A DNA stretch of 19,993 bases, from NCBI GenBank assembly GCA_043806595.1, contig JAZDGU010000024.1, positions 1 through 19,993 of the forward strand, read 5' to 3'. The translations under genes and the position numbers were made by a program. The notes under the pieces were generated by a model. The model searched no databases and was not told where the DNA came from. It saw only the letters and a program-made list of their open reading frames with translations. Every line of letters begins with the position of its first letter. Within the stretch, counting starts at the first letter, position 1. Source of the DNA: Candidatus Micrarchaeota archaeon. Lineage in GTDB: Archaea > Micrarchaeota > Micrarchaeia > Norongarragalinales > SBBD01. Below are positions 1 through 6,173 of this stretch, in pieces.

Positions 1-41
1 TTTTTCTTTTTCCCTTCTTTTTCTCTTTTTTTTTCCTTCCC
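1..41 (+). terminator. Pure pyrimidine (oligo-T) tract, probable archaeal terminator of an upstream + strand gene, or the end of a repeat unit
   Basis: 41 nt of only T/C with runs up to T10; resembles the tract at 685-714. Confidence 0.45.
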
Positions 42-77
42 CAAAGATTTTGGCTGATTTTACCTCAAACACAGCGC

Positions 78-113
78 TTTTATACTTCCCGGTCCAAACG
101 CTTATCCAGGTGG
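78..113 (+). promoter_or_regulatory. TATA box and SD motif of hicB-hicA
   Basis: TTTTATA at 78-84; AGGTGG at 108-113 just ahead of ATG 121. Confidence 0.55.
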
Positions 114-120
114 GTTTTGA

Positions 121-348
121 ATGAAGAAGCCGCTCGCGCTCTCTGCCGTAATCACCAAAGGCGACATCGCCTTCGTTTCCTTTTGCCCGGAGTTGGGCGT
201 AACCAGCCAAGGCGGGACTGAAGAGGAGGCCTTGGAGAATCTGCGCGAGGCAGCCGGCCTTTATCTCGATGACGAAGACGTCAAGGAGATGCTGCGAAAG
301 CATCCGATTCAATCGGCCCACATGACCCCCTTCCTGATTCCTGCATGA
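121..348 (+). CDS. hicB: HicB-family antitoxin, short form without an evident C-terminal DNA-binding domain
   Basis: FVSFCPELGVTSQGGTEEEALENLREAAGLYL fits the HicB pattern (CPEL..SQG.T.EEA..NL.EA..LYL); lies directly upstream of hicA. Confidence 0.88.
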   Translation: MKKPLALSAVITKGDIAFVSFCPELGVTSQGGTEEEALENLREAAGLYLDDEDVKEMLRKHPIQSAHMTPFLIPA

Positions 349-360
349 GGGTGTTTTTCC

Positions 361-594
361 TTGCCGAAAATGCCAGTCCTTTCCGGCCATGACTTGGTCA
401 AACTTCTTTCAAAGGCAGGGTTCGTCGCTGCTGGCCAGCGCGGAAGCCATGTGAAGCTCAAGAAGCGGCTTTCCGACCGCGTGTTGGTAACCGTCGTTCC
501 GTTGCACAAGGCTTTGGACGTGGGCACGTTGCTTGGCATCCTGAGGCAGGCCGAAGTCAGCCGAGAGGACTTCCTGCAATTGTTGGAGAAATGA
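361..594 (+). CDS. hicA: HicA-family mRNA interferase toxin
   Basis: LSKAGF..QRGSHVKLKK..VVPLH..L..GTL.GILRQA with the catalytic GSH His; TTG start preceded by GAGGGTG. Confidence 0.92.
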   Translation: MPKMPVLSGHDLVKLLSKAGFVAAGQRGSHVKLKKRLSDRVLVTVVPLHKALDVGTLLGILRQAEVSREDFLQLLEK

Positions 595-660
595 TTTACG
601 GCCCCTTGATTTTGCTGCCTAAGCGGCTTTAGCGGACACCGGCGGGTTCATCCGCGGAAA

Positions 661-714
661 GGTTGAGTAGACAGCTCAACCCCCTTTTTCTTTTTTTCCT
701 TATTTTTCTTTTCC
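661..714 (+). terminator. Hairpin plus pyrimidine tract downstream of hicA
   Basis: GGTTGAG(661-667)-TAGACAG-CTCAACC(675-681), perfect 7-bp stem, followed by an almost pure T/C tract to 714. Confidence 0.6.
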
Positions 715-761
715 AATCCGGCGGATTAATGTCTAATTAAGGTCTAATGCGTGCCTTGTGG

Positions 762-1169
762 CTAATGCGCTTCCAGCGCCTCGGCAAGCTCCCCGGTCTC
801 CCAAACCCTGACCCTAGGTTGGAGGAGGTCCCGGTCCCGGCTCCACAAGTCCGCCCCTACGGCGAGCGCGCATGCCAGATAGGGCACGTCTTTCGCATCG
901 CTGCAGAGGTGGCGCGCCGCGGGCAGGAACGGCGTGATTTCCCCGTCCTCGACCCAGCGGATTCTGGAGAGCAGCAGCCTTCCCAATTCGACGAATTCCT
1001 TCTTCGACAGGCGGCTCCGCATGCGCAGCTCGCCGGCATATTTGTCGAACTCCTTGAGCAGGAACCTCGGCGCGAAGAGAACCAGCCTGCGGTCGAAAAA
1101 AAGCTTGCGCGTCAGTCCCTCCCTGAGCATCGCAGAGAAGGGGACGTTTGCGTCGACTGAGAGCCGCAT
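762..1169 (-). CDS. vapC: PIN-domain (VapC-like) ribonuclease toxin
   Basis: PIN acidic residues in SVDAN, LKEF, DAKDVPYLACA and WSRDRDL; 135 aa; abuts the upstream antitoxin stop. Confidence 0.88.
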   Translation of the reverse strand: MRLSVDANVPFSAMLREGLTRKLFFDRRLVLFAPRFLLKEFDKYAGELRMRSRLSKKEFVELGRLLLSRIRWVEDGEITPFLPAARHLCSDAKDVPYLACALAVGADLWSRDRDLLQPRVRVWETGELAEALEAH

Positions 1170-1394
1170 TCACGCCGCCTTGAAGTGCTTTGCCATGTCC
1201 TTGTCAACCGCTTCCGCCAGCTCCTCTACGTCTTTCTGCGAAAGCGCGCTCTTGGAGGCGATTTTCTCAGCGTTCTCCCATTCGTCGAGCTGCTGCACGA
1301 TGACCGCGCGGACGACTTGCGACCACCGCACCCCGCCGAACTTCCGCATGCGCCGCAGGACGGCGTCGGGCACCGAGAGAGTCAAACTGGCCAT
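1170..1394 (-). CDS. vapB: Ribbon-helix-helix (CopG/VapB-like) antitoxin
   Basis: MASLTLSVPDAVLRRMRKF..VRWSQVVRAVI is an RHH N-terminus typical of archaeal VapB; acidic C-terminal helix; translationally coupled to the PIN gene. Confidence 0.8.
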   Translation of the reverse strand: MASLTLSVPDAVLRRMRKFGGVRWSQVVRAVIVQQLDEWENAEKIASKSALSQKDVEELAEAVDKDMAKHFKAA

Positions 1395-1400
1395 TTACGT

Positions 1401-1440
1401 TCACCAACATAATTATTGCGTTATAGTATTTAATGCTTGC
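1401..1440 (-). promoter_or_regulatory. BRE/TATA and SD motif of vapB-vapC
   Basis: Minus strand reads GCAAGC-ATTAAATA, then an ATAATTAT palindrome, then GGTGA 6 nt before the ATG. Confidence 0.55.
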
Positions 1441-1474
1441 GTTTGAATGGACAATCCGCCAAACGCCCCCCCGT

Positions 1475-1783
1475 TCACTTCCTTGCGAAGCTTATCTTGC
1501 TTTCCTTGCGCTGGCTCAGTATCCTGGCCACCAGCTGCTTGAGCAGGTCCTCGCTCACCTTCTTCGCCTGCCCCTGCTGCACAAGGTACATGACCAGCCT
1601 GACCAACTGCTCGTAAAGTTCCGGGTTCGACAAGCGGATGTTCTGAAGGCGCTCGTACGCCGCGGGCTCCATGGCCTTCCTGAGCATCTGCCTCAGCTGC
1701 GCCTCCTTCTGCATCTCCTCGGCCTTCCTGCGGTAGGCCTCCTGCAGCGCCGCCTGCTCGTCCTGCCTGTCCTCTTCAGCCAT
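1475..1783 (-). CDS. PDCD5/TFAR19-like archaeal DNA-binding protein
   Basis: LRKAMEPAAYERLQNIRLSNPEL..QL...V.YLVQQG....VSEDLLKQL....KESKISFARK matches the family pattern (L.P.A.ERL.NI.L..PE; KI...RK). Confidence 0.9.
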   Translation of the reverse strand: MAEEDRQDEQAALQEAYRRKAEEMQKEAQLRQMLRKAMEPAAYERLQNIRLSNPELYEQLVRLVMYLVQQGQAKKVSEDLLKQLVARILSQRKESKISFARK

Positions 1784-1846
1784 CAGTATCGCATCTTTTA
1801 CGGCGTAAAAGCATATAATAATGTGGTTTTACCACATGCACGCATG
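1784..1846. promoter_or_regulatory. Divergent promoter with a shared TATA element and three palindromes
   Basis: ATATAATA at 1813-1820 is usable on both strands; inverted repeats at 1795-1811, 1821-1837 and 1835-1846. Confidence 0.6.
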
Positions 1847-2746
1847 GTCCGGCTTTCCGCATTCAACCGGCGGATTCCCCCTAGCCTATCCGCCAAGCCC
1901 GCCGTGCGCGCGTTCGATGAAGACTTCGGGAAAGGGGACGCGACCGCCGAGGCCGTCCTCGGTCGGGCGGCATATGCCAAAGTCAGGGCCTTCATCAGGG
2001 CCAACCGTCCTGGCGTCCTCGCAGGCGTGCTTGAGGCCGCAGCCGTATTCAAGGCCGCGGGCGTGGCCGCCAAGCCGCTGGTGAAGGAAGGCACGGCTTT
2101 CAGGAAAGGACGCAAGCTGATTGTCTTGACGGGGAATGCCGGCGGAATCCTCGCCGCGGAGCGCACAGCACTCGACTGCCTGATGGTGCTCTCGGGCATT
2201 GCGACCGAAACCCGTGCGCTTTCAAGACGCTTCGGGCGGAGGATTGCAGCCACGCGCAAGTCGCACCCCGGTTTTTCGGCTGCGGAAAAGCGCGCCGTGC
2301 AGGTCGGCGGCGGGCTCACCCACAGGCTTTCCCTCTCCGATGCCATACTGGTGAAGGACAACTACGTCGAGGCAATCGCCCGGCATAGGAAGATATCCTA
2401 TACGGCTGCCTTGCGCTGGTCGGTCCGGCAGGCTTTGGCATTCCGGGAAAGAGGGAGGGGTCTTGCGTTCGTTGAAGTAGAAGTCAGGAACCGCCGGGAG
2501 GCGCTCGCCGCGGCGGAGGCCGGCGCCCGTGCGATTCTCCTGGACAACATGCGCGCAAGGCAGGTGGGTCTCGCCGTCAAGGCTGTGCGCCGCATCCACC
2601 CGGGTATCGTCATCGAGGCCTCCGGAGGAATCACCCCGAAGAACGCCGGAAAGTTCCTAGCCGCGGGCGCGGACTTCGCCTCCATCGGCTCGCTGACTCT
2701 CCACAGCAGGCCGATTGACATGAGTTTAGTGCTGGACTTGAAATAG
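1844..2746 (+). CDS. nadC: Quinolinate phosphoribosyltransferase (nicotinate-nucleotide diphosphorylase, carboxylating)
   Basis: EDFGKGDAT, AERTAL..L..LSGIAT, ATRKSHPG, HRLSLSDAILVKDN, EVEV, LLDNM, EASGGIT, SIGSLT; start reassigned to ATG 1844 (300 aa), about 24 nt after the TATA. Confidence 0.9.
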   Translation: MVRLSAFNRRIPPSLSAKPAVRAFDEDFGKGDATAEAVLGRAAYAKVRAFIRANRPGVLAGVLEAAAVFKAAGVAAKPLVKEGTAFRKGRKLIVLTGNAGGILAAERTALDCLMVLSGIATETRALSRRFGRRIAATRKSHPGFSAAEKRAVQVGGGLTHRLSLSDAILVKDNYVEAIARHRKISYTAALRWSVRQALAFRERGRGLAFVEVEVRNRREALAAAEAGARAILLDNMRARQVGLAVKAVRRIHPGIVIEASGGITPKNAGKFLAAGADFASIGSLTLHSRPIDMSLVLDLK

Positions 2747-2811
2747 CGTTTTAATCAGACGTGTCTGCCCCAGAGTCTCCGCGTTTTCGCTTTATATATG
2801 TTTGCCGTGCT

Positions 2812-2828
2812 GGAAAGTTTTTAAAAAA
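2812..2828 (+). promoter_or_regulatory. BRE/TATA of purSQL
   Basis: GGAAAG-TTTTTAAA; a second candidate TTTATATA lies at 2791-2798. Confidence 0.5.
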
Positions 2829-2879
2829 GCCGCGCAGTATTCCGGGTTGCTGATAGCGTTTTTCAGAGGGGGGAGATTC

Positions 2880-3143
2880 ATGGCGGAGAAGGAGTACACA
2901 GTCGAACTCGCGATAGAGAGCAAGCCCGGGCTCGCAGACCCCGAGGGCTCCACCATCGCCGGCGACCTCATGCGCAGGAACGGCTTCCAGATGGTTTCCG
3001 GCGTGCGCGTGGCCAAGCTGCTCCGCGTAAAACTCAAGGCCTCAAGCGAGGACGAGGCGCGGAAAATCGGGGAGAGGATGTGCGCGGACCTGCGCCTCGC
3101 CAACCCGGTGTCCCAGACGTATTCGATTGCGGTCAGGAAGTGA
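2880..3143 (+). CDS. purS: Phosphoribosylformylglycinamidine synthase subunit PurS
   Basis: KPGLADPEG.TI, VRVAK, MCADLRLANPV.QTY; start reassigned to ATG 2880 after GGGGGAG (87 aa). Confidence 0.93.
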   Translation: MAEKEYTVELAIESKPGLADPEGSTIAGDLMRRNGFQMVSGVRVAKLLRVKLKASSEDEARKIGERMCADLRLANPVSQTYSIAVRK

Positions 3144-3150
3144 TTTTGCG

Positions 3151-3858
3151 ATGAAGCTTGCCGTCATCCGCTTTCCGGGCGCGAACTGCGACCTCGACGC
3201 CGTGCATGTTTTAAAGGAGGTAATGCGCATGCCGACGGACCTCGTCTGGCACACCGAGTTCAAGGAGTCGAAGTTTGACGCCGTGGTCCTTCCCGGAGGC
3301 TTCTCCTACGGGGACCACCTGCGCGCGGGAATCATCGCGGCCTACAGCCCGGCGATGGCCGAGGTCAAGAAGATGGCGGCGGAGGGCAAGCCCGTCATCG
3401 GCATCTGCAACGGCTTCCAGATCCTCTGCGAGGCCGAGCTTCTTCCCGGCGCCCTCGTCCGCAACGCGTCTACGCGCTTCATATGCAAGTGGGTGAACCT
3501 GAAGGTGATGACGCCGCGCACGGTGTTCACCAAGCAGTTCGTCAAGGGCGACGTCTTCCAGTCGCCGACGGCTCACGGCGAGGGCAATTACGTGATTTCG
3601 CCGGAAGCCCTCCGCGACCTCTACGCAGGCGACCAGGTGGCGTTCAAGTACTGCGACTCCTCCGGCCGCGAGACCCCCGAGTCGAACCCGAACGGCTCGC
3701 TCGAGAACATCGCCGGCGTGTGCAACGCGGAGGGCAACGTCGTCGGGCTGATGCCGCACCCCGAGCGCGCCTCGGAACTCATCCTGAGCCCTTACAAGAA
3801 CGAGAACGCGCGCAAGATCTTCTCCAGCCTCAAGGAATTCCTCGGGGGCAAGGGTTGA
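3151..3858 (+). CDS. purQ: FGAM synthase glutaminase subunit PurQ
   Basis: [23 protein letters not shown] (catalytic Cys), AHGEG, NPNGS, MPHPER (His-Glu). Confidence 0.97.
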   Translation: MKLAVIRFPGANCDLDAVHVLKEVMRMPTDLVWHTEFKESKFDAVVLPGGFSYGDHLRAGIIAAYSPAMAEVKKMAAEGKPVIGICNGFQILCEAELLPGALVRNASTRFICKWVNLKVMTPRTVFTKQFVKGDVFQSPTAHGEGNYVISPEALRDLYAGDQVAFKYCDSSGRETPESNPNGSLENIAGVCNAEGNVVGLMPHPERASELILSPYKNENARKIFSSLKEFLGGKG

Positions 3859-3864
3859 ACCAAC

Positions 3865-6084
3865 ATGCCTACGATAATCGACGGATTCAGCGTGGACCTG
3901 ACAAAGGAAGAACTGAAGAAGGTGCGCGAGGCACTCGGCCGCGAGCCCAACGCCGTCGAGGCGGGCATGGTCGACATCATGTGGAGCGAGCACTGCTCGT
4001 ACAAGAGCTCGCGCCCGGTGCTCAAGCAGCTGCCGACGACAGGCCCGCGCGTCGTGCTCGGCCCGGGCTTCGACGCCGGCATCGTCGACATTGGCGGCGG
4101 CGAGTGCGCCGCCTTCAAGATTGAGTCCCACAATCACCCGAGCGCGATCGAGCCCTACAGCGGCTCGGCAACCGGCAGCGGCGGCATCATCCGCGACATC
4201 CTAGCCGTCGGCGCGCGGCCCATCGCGTTGACGGACTCCATATTCTTCGGCAGGCTCTCGAGCGACCACTCCCGCTGGCTCTTCAACTACGTGGTCAAGG
4301 GAGTCGGCGACTACGGCAACTGCGTCGGCATCCCTACGGTTACCGGCGACACGAACTTCGACGAGGGATACGAGCGCAACTGCCTCGTCAACGTCACGTG
4401 CATCGGGCTGGTGAAGAAGGAAGACATAGTCGTTGGCAAGGCCAAGGACGCCGGCGACCTCGTCATCCTCGTAGGCAGCACCACCGGCAGGGACGGCATC
4501 CACGGCGTGACTTTCGCCTCGAAGAACCTGCACAAGAAGAGCGACGAGGAGCGCCCCGCGGTGCAGATTCCGGACCCGTTCACGAAGAAGCTCATCATCG
4601 ACGCGACGCTCGAGGCGCTCGAGACCGGCAAGGTCAAGGCGGTCAAGGACTTCGGCGGCGGCGGCCTCACATGCTGCTCTTCCGAGCTCGCGCGCAAGGG
4701 CGGCAAGGGCGCGGAAATCGACGCCTCGGCGGTTCCTTTGCGCGAGCACGACATGAAGCCCGTGGAAATAATGCTCAGCGAGTCGCAGGAGCGGATGCTC
4801 TTCAGCTGCGCGCCCGCGGACAAGCCCGTCCTCGAGAAGATATTCGACAAGTACGGCCTCCGGCACTCCGTCATAGGGAAGATTACCGAGGAAAGGCGTT
4901 ACGTCGTCAAATACAATGGCAAGACCGTCGCCGACATACCCATCGAGCTTCTCACCGACGCGCCCGTGGTCGTCCAGAAGTCCCGCAAGCCCGACTCGTT
5001 GAAGGCCCTGCTCGCCGAGAGGAAGCCCGCGCTCTCCATCTCGCTGTCCGAGGCGCTCTTCCGCCTCTTCAAGTCCGACAACCTCGCCAGCAAGGCGTGG
5101 GTCTACAGGCAGTACGACCACGAGGTAGGCGCGCGCACCGTGGTCAAGCCCGGCGACGCCGGCGCCGCGGTGATTCGCGTCTCCGGCAAGAAGGGCCTCG
5201 CGGTCAAGACCGACTCCAACTTCCTGCACTGCAGCCTAGACCCCTACTCCGGCGCCATGGCGACGCTGCTGGAATGCGCGCGCAACGTCGTAGCAGTAGG
5301 GGGCGAGCCTATTGCCATGGTCGACAACCTCAACTACGGCAACCCGAACAAGCCCGAGGCGTTCTGGAAGTTCTCGGAATCGGTCCGCGGTCTCGCGGAC
5401 GCGTGCAAGGTCCTCTCCATTCCGTGCGTGGGCGGCAACGTCTCGTTCTACAACGAGGACGACGTCAACAAGCTCGAGATAAAGCCTACGCCCGTTGTGT
5501 GCATCCTCGGCCTCATCGAGGACCTCGACCTCGTCTCCACGATGTCGTTGAAGTCCGCGGGCGACACGCTCGTCGTCTTCGGCTCGGCTCCCGCGGAACT
5601 CGGCGGCAGCTACTACTCCTCGGAAGTCCTCGGCATGCGCGGCGGCCAGCCGCCCGAGGTAGACGCCGCCGAGGAGAAGAGAATAATGGGCGCGGCCCTT
5701 GAGGCCATCCGCATGGGGCTGGTCAGCTCCTCGCAGGACGTCAGCGGCGGCGGGCTCGCGGTGGCCCTCGCGGAAATGTGCTGCAAGGGCAACCTCGGCG
5801 CGCAGGTCTTCCTCGATGCCGTGCCTTCCGTAAAAGGCGCGGGCGCGGAGGAGAAGCTTTTCGGGGAGGGCGGCGGGCGTTTCATCCTTGCCACGAGGGA
5901 CCCGCAGCGGCTCCTGAAGGTCGCCGAGGCGGCCAAGGTGAAGGCCGCGGTGGTCGGCCGCGTCTCGCAGGAGAAGCGCCTCGTCGCAACAGACTCGAAG
6001 ACCGGGGAGAAGATACTCGACTGCTCGGTGACCGCGCTCAAGGAGGAGCACTCCAAGGCCCTTGATTCGCGCATGGGCACGTGA
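3865..6084 (+). CDS. purL: FGAM synthase subunit PurL (small type)
   Basis: WSEHCSYKSS, KIESHNHPS, TGRDGIHG, SESQERM, QYDHEV, NYGNP, GGNVSFYN, DVSGGGL. Confidence 0.98.
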   Translation: MPTIIDGFSVDLTKEELKKVREALGREPNAVEAGMVDIMWSEHCSYKSSRPVLKQLPTTGPRVVLGPGFDAGIVDIGGGECAAFKIESHNHPSAIEPYSGSATGSGGIIRDILAVGARPIALTDSIFFGRLSSDHSRWLFNYVVKGVGDYGNCVGIPTVTGDTNFDEGYERNCLVNVTCIGLVKKEDIVVGKAKDAGDLVILVGSTTGRDGIHGVTFASKNLHKKSDEERPAVQIPDPFTKKLIIDATLEALETGKVKAVKDFGGGGLTCCSSELARKGGKGAEIDASAVPLREHDMKPVEIMLSESQERMLFSCAPADKPVLEKIFDKYGLRHSVIGKITEERRYVVKYNGKTVADIPIELLTDAPVVVQKSRKPDSLKALLAERKPALSISLSEALFRLFKSDNLASKAWVYRQYDHEVGARTVVKPGDAGAAVIRVSGKKGLAVKTDSNFLHCSLDPYSGAMATLLECARNVVAVGGEPIAMVDNLNYGNPNKPEAFWKFSESVRGLADACKVLSIPCVGGNVSFYNEDDVNKLEIKPTPVVCILGLIEDLDLVSTMSLKSAGDTLVVFGSAPAELGGSYYSSEVLGMRGGQPPEVDAAEEKRIMGAALEAIRMGLVSSSQDVSGGGLAVALAEMCCKGNLGAQVFLDAVPSVKGAGAEEKLFGEGGGRFILATRDPQRLLKVAEAAKVKAAVVGRVSQEKRLVATDSKTGEKILDCSVTALKEEHSKALDSRMGT

Positions 6085-6099
6085 CGCCCCAAGCTCACT

Positions 6100-6113
6100 G
6101 AAACCTTAAAATA
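6100..6113 (+). promoter_or_regulatory. BRE/TATA upstream of purF-purN
   Basis: GAAACC-TTAAAATA in the 89-nt purL-purF spacer. Confidence 0.5.
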
Positions 6114-6173
6114 TGCGTACCCCCCGAATCACCTTGCGCAGCTGGTTTTTCAAAAGGTTTAGCCGTTGGTCGT

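Noticed and set aside
630..640. 11-nt match (GGTGTCCGCTA, minus strand) to 19926-19936 at the IS end
   Set aside because: Similarity does not extend convincingly, and 11-mers recur by chance in 20 kb.
640..660. tRNA T-arm-like GGGTTCATCC
   Set aside because: No cloverleaf, D arm or anticodon arm can be built around it.
617..680. Integron attC site (GTTGAGT fits GTTRRRY, GCTCAAC fits RYYYAAC)
   Set aside because: The two perfect core sites are in the wrong order for attC, the upstream candidate GCCTAAG lacks the invariant AAC, and no integrase is in the window. Kept only as a generic structured element.
1433..1843. 137-codon N-terminal extension of the nadC ORF
   Set aside because: It is the antisense shadow of the PDCD5-like gene; NadC similarity and a TATA box support ATG 1844.
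2802..2879. N-terminal extension of purS (likewise 3127-3150 for purQ)
   Set aside because: Overlaps promoter or upstream gene; family N-termini and the SD support starts at 2880 and 3151.
2747..2879. Purine, ZTP or PRPP riboswitch ahead of purS or purF
   Set aside because: Leaders after the TATA boxes are too short and lack recognisable aptamer consensus.
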